A stretch of DNA of 64,000 bases from assembly GCA_018304425.1 (NCBI GenBank), contig JAGVWE010000006.1, positions 67,175 to 131,174 on the forward strand. Direction: 5' to 3'. This document shows positions 56,161 to 64,000 of this stretch, in pieces. Below the pieces are notes generated by a model. That model did no database searches. It saw only the letters and a list, made by a program, of their open reading frames with translations, and was not told where the DNA came from. This DNA is from Candidatus Iainarchaeum sp. Its GTDB lineage: Archaea > Iainarchaeota > Iainarchaeia > Iainarchaeales > UBA10219. The position numbers and the translations under genes were made by a program. The number at the start of each line of letters is the position of its first letter. Position 1 is the stretch's first letter.

Positions 56161-57023
56161 TAGTTTCCGCCCGTGTAGCTGATGTCGAAGCCCTTGTTGC
56201 CCAACCGATAGGCGACCATGCGTTTTTCGTGGGCGCAGCTCCGGAGTTTGAGGAGTTCCAAGGCGTTTTCGCGGCGCTTGTCGGTCTTCATGTTGTACAA
56301 GACCACGACGCCGTCGGCGAGGAACTCTTCCACGCCCGTGCGGGAATAGAGTTGGGGGTCCTGCTCGGTTTCGCCGATGACGAGGTTCACCGAGTTATTG
56401 TATTCAAGCGTTTCGAAGAGTTCGCGGAGGTACTTCCGGTAGTTTTCCTCGGCCTCGAAGCCGATGGACAAAGCGGAAAGCGAGTCGATGGCGATGCGGT
56501 CGGGCACGAAGGGCAGCTCCATCTTCCGGAACTTGATGCGCAGCGAACCCGTTTTTTCGGCGAGCCTTCCCTCCACGCTGCGCGCAATCTTGGTGGGGTC
56601 GAATTTCACGATGGCCACCATGCCCTGCCGCTCGAGGGCGTCAAAGTCCCAGCCATAGTTCTTGACCATGTGCTTCTTGACTTTGTGGGGCTCTTCCTCA
56701 AAGGAAATGAAAATCCCTTTCTCCCCAGCGAGGGCGCCGTGGTAAATGGATTGCAGGCAAAAAGTGGTCTTTCCCGTGCCGCAGCCGCCCGTAACCAGGG
56801 TCGTGGAACCGCGTTCGAGGCCGCCGTCCTTGATGAGCTTGTCGAAGCTGCTGACGCGGGTGGGCAGGGTTTCAATGGGTGCCCTGCTGACTTCCTTGGG
56901 TTTCAGGCGGAGGATGTCTTCCTCGGCCGCTTCTCCCGGGGCTTCCTCGTCATCCCCGAAGGAAATCACGCGGCTCTTGCGCCACTTGCTGAGCTTTTCC
57001 TCGAGTTTGCTCTCTTCGTCCAT
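56157..57023 (-). CDS. KaiC-like / RecA-superfamily ATPase (single domain)
   Basis: TTLVTGGCGTGKTTFCLQ Walker A, IAIDSLSAL Walker B region; acidic N-terminal extension; own TATA box (plus-strand 57051-57066 tgctatataaataaaa). Confidence 0.75.
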   Translation of the reverse strand: MDEESKLEEKLSKWRKSRVISFGDDEEAPGEAAEEDILRLKPKEVSRAPIETLPTRVSSFDKLIKDGGLERGSTTLVTGGCGTGKTTFCLQSIYHGALAGEKGIFISFEEEPHKVKKHMVKNYGWDFDALERQGMVAIVKFDPTKIARSVEGRLAEKTGSLRIKFRKMELPFVPDRIAIDSLSALSIGFEAEENYRKYLRELFETLEYNNSVNLVIGETEQDPQLYSRTGVEEFLADGVVVLYNMKTDKRRENALELLKLRSCAHEKRMVAYRLGNKGFDISYTGGNY

Positions 57024-57118
57024 TCCAGTGCCTCACCCGTACTCCATTCCCTTGCTATATAAATAAAAGCCTTGCCGTATGGAAAGCCCCTGCCTGGCCC
57101 AAACGGCTTCCAACGGCC

Positions 57119-58351
57119 TTATAGGGCTCCTTCTTCGCCTCCCTGGCTCTTCAAGATCTTGTCGATTTCGATGAGGCGGGCCTCGGCTTCGCCCAAGCGC
57201 TTCTTGAAGGTGTTCTTGTCGATGACCATGCGGTCAAAGTAGTCCGCCTGGATCTTGCGGATGCCTTCCCGCAACCGCCCGCGCTCGGCCAACAAGGACT
57301 TGCGGTCAAGCTGGCCACGCACCTTGGAATAACCCGTGTAAGCCGCGGCCCCCAGGAGGACCAACGCGAAGACGATGATCAAGCCATTGTTTTTGAGGAA
57401 CAAGGCCGTTCGGTCCACGGTAATCACGAGGTCAATCACCTTTTTCCCCTCGTTTCCGGCGGAGTCCGCGACCGTCAAGGCAAAGGACAGGGAACCGATG
57501 TGTTTTTCCTCGGCCTCGAATTTGCCGGCAAAAGTGCTTTCCACGCCGGACACGGGCTGCAACTCCAGCTTGGAGCCATTGAATTCAAGCCACGCCTTCC
57601 CCCCCGTCAAGGGCTTGCCGCTGGGGTACGAGGCCTTCACTTTGAAGGGGATCTCGGTCTCCAAGTCAAAGTTGGAGATGCTGGGCTCCAGGACTTCCAG
57701 CTTGAGGTCGGCACGGTCAATGCCCACCACCAAGGTGTTGGCGCCCCCCAAAGACTTTTCCCCGGTTTTTTCGGCCAGCACGTGCAGGAACCAGTTCCCG
57801 CCCTGGGCATCAAAGGGCACCAGATAGTCAGCGGAATACACGCCCAAACCGGTTTCCTCCAGGGGGCGGGGCTCGCCGGACACGTCGAAGAACACCACGT
57901 TGGCGCCGCTGACGGGTTCCCCTGACTCGGAGAGCTTCACGCTAATCGACAACGACTCGGTCTTATAGTGCTTGACCGGTGCCGGGCTCACGAAGGTAAC
58001 CAGGTAATAATCGCTGTCCGCCGTGGGCTTGACCTCGGTTTCGGCTTCAGCCGAGGCCTGGCCCTCCACGGCCTTCACCGTCCACTGACCGGAGGGCACC
58101 AGGAAAGAAATGCCTTGGAACAAGGAGTACTTGCCTTCCGCGTTGCACGGCACCGCCTGCGCAAACGGCTTGGCCTTGCCCTTTTCCGTCCACGCCGAAA
58201 CTTCAACGGTTTCATTGGCCGTGCACTGGCCGGAAACCGCCATTTCCTGGCCCTTGAAATAGGTCTGCTTGTCCAATTCCACGGTCAACGCCTGGACCCC
58301 CACGAAGGCCAGGCAAAAAACCAGCAAAAACAGGGCCCGCCCGGAATTCAT
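57119..58351 (-). CDS. secreted membrane-anchored beta-rich surface protein with cytoplasmic coiled-coil tail
   Basis: signal peptide, TM LIIVFALVLLGAAAYTGY, tail ...DKNTFKKRLGEAEARLIEIDKILKS. Confidence 0.5.
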   Translation of the reverse strand: MNSGRALFLLVFCLAFVGVQALTVELDKQTYFKGQEMAVSGQCTANETVEVSAWTEKGKAKPFAQAVPCNAEGKYSLFQGISFLVPSGQWTVKAVEGQASAEAETEVKPTADSDYYLVTFVSPAPVKHYKTESLSISVKLSESGEPVSGANVVFFDVSGEPRPLEETGLGVYSADYLVPFDAQGGNWFLHVLAEKTGEKSLGGANTLVVGIDRADLKLEVLEPSISNFDLETEIPFKVKASYPSGKPLTGGKAWLEFNGSKLELQPVSGVESTFAGKFEAEEKHIGSLSFALTVADSAGNEGKKVIDLVITVDRTALFLKNNGLIIVFALVLLGAAAYTGYSKVRGQLDRKSLLAERGRLREGIRKIQADYFDRMVIDKNTFKKRLGEAEARLIEIDKILKSQGGEEGAL

Positions 58352-60090
58352 TTGGCTGCCTCCAGTTGCTGTTCCAGCTTGTCCAATTCCTCGCCATACT
58401 TTTCCGTGAGCCGCGTGAACTCGGACTTGGGCAGCGTGCCCTCGTCATAGTACTTGTTGTTTATCTCCTCGATCATGGCCTTGAGCTGCTGCCTGCGCAT
58501 CCCCATCTTTTCCTTTGACTTCTTGGAAGAAAACTGGAAGAAGCCATAGCCTCCTCCCCCGACCACCAAGACCAACACCACCAACACCATCAACCAGTTC
58601 TTCTGCAAGACGAAGGCAAGCGATTCCCCGGTGACCTCGATGCTTACCTCCTTTTCCACGGCATTGCCATGCTGGTCCCTGACCACGAACTTGACCGGCC
58701 GGTTGCCCTGGTCCTTTTCCTGCAAGTAATACGTGCCGCCAAAAATCCCGGTCTCCAACGCCGTGAGCGGGGCCTCCGCGCCGCTGACCACGAGCTTGAC
58801 CTCGGCTTCCTCGACCTTGGAGCCATCCGGGTAGGTCAACCGGAGCTTGGCCACCAGGGCATCCCCGATGCGGAAATGCACGTTCACGGGTTCCAGGACT
58901 TCCACGACTATCTTACCCGATTCGATGACCACCAGCAACCGGGTCATGCCCTCGGCCGGCAGCCCCTCCAGGGCCCCCGCAGCCGAGAACTCGAGTTGCT
59001 GGCTGCCCGCCGGGAACTCATAACCTATCTCCAGGTCAACCGCGTACACCCCGCTGCCTTGGTCCTCCAAGTCAAGGACCCTTCCGTCGGGCACCTTGAC
59101 CTTGACGCTCGCGCCCGAAACCTTGTTGCCTTCCTCGTCCACCACCGTCACGCTGACCGGCTTCTTTTCCCCGCGCTTGAGCACCGTGTTGTTGGGAATG
59201 GAGGGGGAAAGCTTCAACTCGGTCTTGGTGCGCGGCGCCTCCACGAGCACGTCCTTGGAGTAACTCAGTTCGTTGCCAGCGGAGTCCTTTCCCTGCAACT
59301 GCACCCTCCACTTGCCCACGGGGTCAATGGTGGAAAGATGGTAGGAAGCGCTGAACGCGCCGCTGGAGTCCGCGGAAACGGTTTCACTGTACTTGGTTTC
59401 GCTGCCATAGAAGACCTTGGCCTCGACCTGGATGGGCGCGGGCTCGGACTTCTTCAAGGCCAGGCCACTCAAGTCAATGGTGTCACCCAGCTGGTAACGG
59501 TCCTTGACCTTCACGTCCGCGGAAATCTTGGGCTCGACCACGAACTCGAAGTCCCGGGTTATCTCGAGTTTCCGGAAGCGGGCCACGAACTGGGCCGGGT
59601 ACTTGCCGGGCGGCATGGAGGCCTCGACCGGGAACCGGTTGGCGTACACGTTGTCGAAATTCGAGCCGTCCTCGTGGGCTCCGTCATTGTACAAGTAGAA
59701 CTGCGGCCCCGGCAAGCCGGTAACCTCCAACTCCGCGCCGACCACGGGAAAGCCGCTGGAGCTCACGGTTATCTTCAGCAGCCCCTTTTCCCCCAGGTAA
59801 TAGGTTTCGCCTTCGGCGGGGTTCAAGACCTCGAACTCGAGGGTCGTCGGAGGACAGTCGGCCGGGCAGGTGCCATAGCTCTCCGCATAGCCCTCGCTGA
59901 CCTCGCACAAGTCGTTGCGGCAGCAGTTGGGAACAACGACTTTCTCGCACTTGTTTTCCTTGACCTCGTAGACCATGCAGTACTCGCCGGCCACGGGGCC
60001 CTCGCAAAAGGTTTCCTGGGCGGACGCGAACGCCGCAAACGAGGACAAGGCCAGGACTGCAAGAAAGCCGAAATGGATTGCTTTTTTCAT
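58348..60090 (-). CDS. secreted Cys-rich N-domain, beta-rich surface protein with TM anchor and cytoplasmic coiled-coil tail
   Basis: signal peptide MKKAIHFGFLAVLALSSFAAFASA; TM WLMVLVVLVLVVGGGGYGFF; tail ...KSEFTRLTEKYGEELDKLEQQLEAAK similar to tail of 57119 gene. Confidence 0.5.
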   Translation of the reverse strand: MKKAIHFGFLAVLALSSFAAFASAQETFCEGPVAGEYCMVYEVKENKCEKVVVPNCCRNDLCEVSEGYAESYGTCPADCPPTTLEFEVLNPAEGETYYLGEKGLLKITVSSSGFPVVGAELEVTGLPGPQFYLYNDGAHEDGSNFDNVYANRFPVEASMPPGKYPAQFVARFRKLEITRDFEFVVEPKISADVKVKDRYQLGDTIDLSGLALKKSEPAPIQVEAKVFYGSETKYSETVSADSSGAFSASYHLSTIDPVGKWRVQLQGKDSAGNELSYSKDVLVEAPRTKTELKLSPSIPNNTVLKRGEKKPVSVTVVDEEGNKVSGASVKVKVPDGRVLDLEDQGSGVYAVDLEIGYEFPAGSQQLEFSAAGALEGLPAEGMTRLLVVIESGKIVVEVLEPVNVHFRIGDALVAKLRLTYPDGSKVEEAEVKLVVSGAEAPLTALETGIFGGTYYLQEKDQGNRPVKFVVRDQHGNAVEKEVSIEVTGESLAFVLQKNWLMVLVVLVLVVGGGGYGFFQFSSKKSKEKMGMRRQQLKAMIEEINNKYYDEGTLPKSEFTRLTEKYGEELDKLEQQLEAAK

Positions 60091-60117
60091 GGGGGTTCAA
60101 CTCTCATGGAAACCAAT

Positions 60118-60471
60118 TCACTTCCAGGGAAGCGGGGAAACCGCGTCCCCTGCCTTCACCATGGGAAAAAACCGGTTCAACGCCTTCGGCACGCTTACCT
60201 TTCCAATGCGGACGAGGAAGGTCAGGATGCCCAGCAACACCAGGAACAAGGACAAGCCCAGCACGGTCTCCGCGTTCACGGGCATGCGCAGCAACTGGTT
60301 GCCCAACAGCAACGCCAGGGGCAGGAAGGTAAGGCTGAACACCACCGAGAACACCCACCGCTCGAGCCTCGAAATCTCGCCGCGCCGGGGAAAAAACCCC
60401 AGCACCAGGAAGTACCCCGGAACCACCAACAGGAAGCCAAAAACCAATGCGCCGCCCAACAACTTCAGCAT
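60118..60471 (-). CDS. small 3-4 TM membrane protein
   Basis: 117 aa hydrophobic; 27 nt upstream of 58348 gene in same orientation. Confidence 0.4.
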   Translation of the reverse strand: MLKLLGGALVFGFLLVVPGYFLVLGFFPRRGEISRLERWVFSVVFSLTFLPLALLLGNQLLRMPVNAETVLGLSLFLVLLGILTFLVRIGKVSVPKALNRFFPMVKAGDAVSPLPWK

Positions 60472-60507
60472 GCCAAACCACTAACATATACCTGATTTAT
60501 ATTTAAA

Positions 60508-61683
60508 ATGGTTATGGCTCAATTGGCTTTAATGACCGAGGAATACGCGGCTGCCGTGGTCGGAGCGGGTCCCGTGGGCTTGAATGCCGCCATCCAGGTG
60601 CAGAAGAACGGCTTCGACGTCGTGGTCTTGGAGGACTCCGAGGAAATCGGCCTGCCCTGCCAGTGCTCGGGCCTGATTTCGCGGAGCGGCTACGAGGGCC
60701 TGGGCCTGAAGTACGACAAGACCATCGTCAACCGCGTGCGGGGCGCCAGGATTTTCGCCCCCGACCGCACCGAGTTCAAGGTCGAACGGTTTGACACGGT
60801 TGCCTACGTCATCGACCGGCCGAAGCTCGACAAGGTCTTCGCCCGGGACGCCAAGGAACTGGGGGTCGACATCTGGCTGAACTCCAGCGTCGTGGACGTG
60901 AAGGACGGAACGGTTTTCTACAAGAACAAGGCCGGCAAAGGCGAGATGGTGAAGGCCAAGGCCGTGGTGGGCGCGGACGGAATCGTTTCAACGGTGCGGA
61001 AGTCCATGGGCATCGAAGCCCAAAAGGAGTGGTACGTGCCCGGCTACCAGATTACCGGCCGCGGAAAGTTCGACCCCGACTTCGTGGAAGTGCACTTCGG
61101 GCCCTGGGCCGACAAGTTCTTCGCCTGGGTCATCCCGGAAAGCAAGACCACGGCCCGGATTGGCTTGGGCGTCACCGGGAAGAACGCGCGCACCTGCCTC
61201 GAGCAGTTCATGGACGACCGCGGCATCAAGGCGCAGAAGCTGGACTTCCAGGCCGGTGTCATCCCGGCCGGGCCGCCGGTAACCAATCTGGTGAAGGACA
61301 ACGTCTTGCTGGCCGGGGACGCGGCGTTCCAGGCCAAGGCCACGACGGGCGGGGGAATCATGCTGGGCATCGAGGCCAGCAACCACGCCGCCAAAGCCAT
61401 CGTGGACCACTTCAAGTACAAGACGCCCCTGACCTCCTACCAGAAGCACGTGGAACCCGTGACGCGGGAGCTGGAAATCCATTGGCGCGTGCGCAGGTAC
61501 CTGAACCAGTTGAACGACGAGGACCTGAACAAGCTCTTCCAGCGCATGAAGGCCGCGGGCATGGAAAAGTTTTTGTCGGACAACGCGGACATGGACAAGC
61601 CCAGCAGTTTCTTGAAGAAAGTCGCGGGCAGCCCCAAGATGTGGATGATGCTGCCGGAGATGATTAAGTTCCTCAGAGGATAA
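60508..61683 (+). CDS. geranylgeranyl reductase-family FAD-dependent oxidoreductase (archaeal lipid saturase-like)
   Basis: AAVVGAGPVGLNAA FAD motif, ...VGADGIVSTVRK..., size ~390 aa typical of GGR. Confidence 0.8.
   Translation: MVMAQLALMTEEYAAAVVGAGPVGLNAAIQVQKNGFDVVVLEDSEEIGLPCQCSGLISRSGYEGLGLKYDKTIVNRVRGARIFAPDRTEFKVERFDTVAYVIDRPKLDKVFARDAKELGVDIWLNSSVVDVKDGTVFYKNKAGKGEMVKAKAVVGADGIVSTVRKSMGIEAQKEWYVPGYQITGRGKFDPDFVEVHFGPWADKFFAWVIPESKTTARIGLGVTGKNARTCLEQFMDDRGIKAQKLDFQAGVIPAGPPVTNLVKDNVLLAGDAAFQAKATTGGGIMLGIEASNHAAKAIVDHFKYKTPLTSYQKHVEPVTRELEIHWRVRRYLNQLNDEDLNKLFQRMKAAGMEKFLSDNADMDKPSSFLKKVAGSPKMWMMLPEMIKFLRG
61647..61671. repeat. 25-bp direct repeat copy 1 (3' end of GGR gene)
   Basis: gatgctgccggagatgattaagttc repeated exactly at 61796-61820. 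Confidence 0.7.
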
Positions 61684-61795
61684 TGCATATGCACAACCAA
61701 GGCACATTCGAAGTGGCAGGCCTCGTCCCATTGAGCCTCTTTGGGGCGAAATGGGACCAGTCCACAGATGTCAACTGGCTGGGCAGTTGGTGGGC

Positions 61796-61820
61796 GATGC
61801 TGCCGGAGATGATTAAGTTC
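61796..61820. repeat. 25-bp direct repeat copy 2 (duplicated 3' fragment downstream of GGR stop)
   Basis: exact copy; encodes ...AMLPEMIKFLRG* again. Confidence 0.7.
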
Positions 61821-61828
61821 TTGCGGGG

Positions 61829-62824
61829 TTGAAGGGTGGGATGCAGGTGGACGCGGAACAACGCAAGTGGCTGGAAAAAATCGGGATTCCCCTGGCCATC
61901 GCCCTGGTACTGGTGGCGATAGCCTTTTTTGTCCTCAGTGACCGGCTGGAGGGGCTCCGCCAGGACCTCCGCACGGAGGCCGGGAAAAACGCTGAAGCGC
62001 TGGCCGCGCTCGAGAAAGCCCAGAAAGGCGAGCTGGCCACGCTGCGGCAAGGCGTGGAAGCCAAGGCCGAGGAACTGGAGGCAGCGGACACCGCGTTGGC
62101 CGCCCAACTCGAGTTGACCACGCAGCAGACCAACCAGACCTTTGAATCCGTGGCCAGCACGATGGAGGCATTGGAAGCCAAGCGGAGCAGCGAGTTGACC
62201 GCGCTCAAGGACCAGGTGTCCGGTTTGAGCCTCGAGGCGGGGGACTTTTCGGGCATCGTGGACGAGCTGATTCCGAAGGTCGTGAGCATCAAGAGCCAGG
62301 GCAGCCTGGCCAGCGGCGCGATTTTCCGGCAGGACGGCTTCATCGTCACGAACTACCACGTCATCGAGGGCAAGACCGACATCAGCATAACGCTTTCAAA
62401 CAAGAAACAGTACAAGGCGGAAATCATCGGCTTCAACCAGGACAACGACTTGGCCGTGCTGAAAGTGGAGCGCACGGGCCTGCGGTTCTTCGAGTTCGGG
62501 AACAGCGACAACGTCAAGGTCGGCGAGAAAGTGCTGGCGCTTGGAAACCCCTTGGGCCTGGACTTCACGGTCACGCAGGGCATCGTCTCGGCCAAGAACC
62601 GCAAGATTTCAGGGCTGCCCGGGGAGTTCATCCAAACGGACGTGCCCATCAACCCCGGGAACTCGGGCGGGCCCCTCGTGAACAAGGCAGGGGAGCTCAT
62701 CGGCATCAACACCCTGAAAGTCAAGGACCAGGAGAGCCTGGGCTTCGCCATCCCCAGCAACTTCGCGCGCTCCAACGCCGAGGAAATCATCCGCAAGTGG
62801 GAAGCGAAAGAAGCGCAGGGGTAA
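61829..62824 (+). CDS. membrane-anchored trypsin-like serine protease (HtrA/DegP S1C family, no PDZ)
   Basis: N-terminal TM + coiled coil; catalytic TNYHV (His), DLAVL (Asp), GNSGGPL (Ser). Confidence 0.75.
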   Translation: MKGGMQVDAEQRKWLEKIGIPLAIALVLVAIAFFVLSDRLEGLRQDLRTEAGKNAEALAALEKAQKGELATLRQGVEAKAEELEAADTALAAQLELTTQQTNQTFESVASTMEALEAKRSSELTALKDQVSGLSLEAGDFSGIVDELIPKVVSIKSQGSLASGAIFRQDGFIVTNYHVIEGKTDISITLSNKKQYKAEIIGFNQDNDLAVLKVERTGLRFFEFGNSDNVKVGEKVLALGNPLGLDFTVTQGIVSAKNRKISGLPGEFIQTDVPINPGNSGGPLVNKAGELIGINTLKVKDQESLGFAIPSNFARSNAEEIIRKWEAKEAQG

Positions 62825-63041
62825 CAGCAAGCGGGCTATGCGGTGGGGCCGGGATTCCCTGGCCCGGCCAGGACGGGCGAACCCGGGACGGACGGACTAG
62901 CCCTTAGCTGCCTATCAGGCAGCCGTTCTTTTCCCGCCTCCATCAAGACGGGATTGATTTTAATCCAAAGCCAGCCGATAGACTAACCATTGAAGCGTTT
63001 AAAAACAAAAGGAGACCTGATTTCCGGTGCGGATTGCTGAA

Positions 63042-63680
63042 TCAGGGCTTTTTGTAAGCCGACCAGTTGAAGGGAATGACTGCGCCCTGGGCCACGAGTT
63101 TGGCGTCCGGGAACAACCGCCGCAGGTCTTCGGCCGTCAGCAGGTCGGTGTCGAGGAACACTTCGCTTCGATGCGCGTCCAAGCCAAAGGCTTTCGCGCA
63201 CCAGCGTTGCATGCCCTTGGGGAGGAAGTGAAAGAACGGCAAATGGTAGTGCACGTCCAGGGGAAACCACTTGTTGGGGGTCGACACCCAGTAGCTTTTC
63301 CCGACCCTTCGGACTTCGTCGGCGAAGGCCTGCCAGTTTTCTTTGCCCACGTGTTCCAGCGTGGCATTCGAGTACACGATGTCGAGGGCCTGGTCCTTGA
63401 AGGGCAGCCTGCAACCGTTTCCCACGATGACGTGCGGCACTTCCCTCCCGTTCCAGGTCCTGCGGCCCTGCCACTCCAAGAGGTTCAAGACCAGGAGGCG
63501 GTCCTTGAAGGGAAACCATTCAAAGAAGTCCTGGCCCGCGCCCACGTCCAGCACGCGCTTGCCGGGGGTCGGCTGGAGTTCACGGGAAAACAAGGCAAAC
63601 CGCTCGGTCCGCGCCCGGTCCGAGTAACCGGACTGGATGCCTTTGACGAAGCGGCTGAAGAACGCCAGCATGAAAACCAT
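63042..63680 (-). CDS. methyltransferase-type-11-domain protein
   Basis: VLDVGAGQ motif I, ...LEHV... ; ORF table extends to 63887 over the tRNA, so start trimmed to internal Met. Confidence 0.55.
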   Translation of the reverse strand: MVFMLAFFSRFVKGIQSGYSDRARTERFALFSRELQPTPGKRVLDVGAGQDFFEWFPFKDRLLVLNLLEWQGRRTWNGREVPHVIVGNGCRLPFKDQALDIVYSNATLEHVGKENWQAFADEVRRVGKSYWVSTPNKWFPLDVHYHLPFFHFLPKGMQRWCAKAFGLDAHRSEVFLDTDLLTAEDLRRLFPDAKLVAQGAVIPFNWSAYKKP

Positions 63681-63838
63681 CCGCTGCCCTTGCCGGCACG
63701 CGAACCATTTATGCCCCGTTGAGCCCCCCACAGGGGCGAAACAGGGCACGCCCGCGCGCATCCGGCGCATGTCGTGCCATGCAACGCATGGCACGGTTTT
63801 TCCCCAGGCTTTTTGCCGAAGGCAAAAAGGCTGGCGGA

Positions 63839-63911
63839 TAGCCCCAAGGAGATTCGAACTCCTGTCTGCAGGGTCAGAGCCTGCCATCCTTGGCCACTAG
63901 ACGATGGGGCT
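63839..63911 (-). tRNA. tRNA-Gln (anticodon CUG), no encoded CCA
   Basis: manual fold: acceptor AGCCCCA/TGGGGCT, anticodon stem GCAGG/CCTGC with loop CTCTGAC, T-arm AGGAG-TTCGAAT-CTCCT, discriminator A. Confidence 0.7.
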
Positions 63912-64000
63912 AAATGAAGCGACAAAAAAACGGGTCTGACACCTAGTCTGGCTGGCGAATGCTTTTAAGGCTTATTGGGGGGCAAAGCTCAGCACATTGC

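Noticed and set aside
63681-63887. 5' extension of the 63042 methyltransferase ORF overlapping the tRNA-Gln gene
   Set aside because: The extension overlaps a well-folded tRNA on the same strand and encodes low-complexity sequence. An internal Met (MVFMLAFF...) gives a normal methyltransferase N-terminus.

Overview
This is a high-GC (~58-60%) chromosomal segment that is almost certainly archaeal. AT-rich BRE/TATA-like boxes sit about 25-40 bp upstream of most first-in-operon start codons, with little Shine-Dalgarno signal, implying leaderless transcripts. ATG, GTG and TTG starts are all used. A geranylgeranyl-reductase-family gene and a KaiC-like ATPase are present.

The window is dominated by a surface-glycan and nucleotide-sugar biosynthesis island of more than 40 kb. 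It holds about 10 GT2/GT4 glycosyltransferases, a Wzx-like flippase, several polytopic GT-C/DUF2079-like membrane proteins, five sugar-1-phosphate nucleotidyltransferases and several SDR epimerases/dehydratases. It also encodes CDP-glucose genes rfbF-rfbG, a complete GDP-D-glycero-alpha-D-manno-heptose pathway (gmhA-hddA-gmhB-hddC), UDP-glucose dehydrogenase, UDP-xylose synthase, a radical SAM/SPASM enzyme, several SAM-methyltransferases, and a class II FBP aldolase with a class I FBPase.

The island is interrupted by at least seven low-GC toxin-antitoxin/Abi cassettes (AbiEi/AbiEii x2, VapBC x2, MazEF-like, RelE-like, COG2405-PIN/UPF0175). One of these, the AbiE cassette, is flanked by 29-bp direct repeats duplicating the 5' end of the adjacent GT2 gene.

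Downstream lie purine/methionine-salvage genes (apt, mtnP, mtnB-like, mtnA-like) and two tandem paralogous basic proteins. These paralogs, plus a third gene, are each preceded by an identical 17-bp BRE/TATA module. Further downstream are a 1002-aa membrane-anchored surface protein and an operon of two surface proteins with conserved cytoplasmic coiled-coil tails next to a KaiC-like ATPase. The window ends with a GGR-family reductase, an HtrA-like protease, a methyltransferase and tRNA-Gln(CUG).

No rRNA, CRISPR array, transposase or integrase was recognised. All functional calls rest on motif recognition by eye, not database searches.
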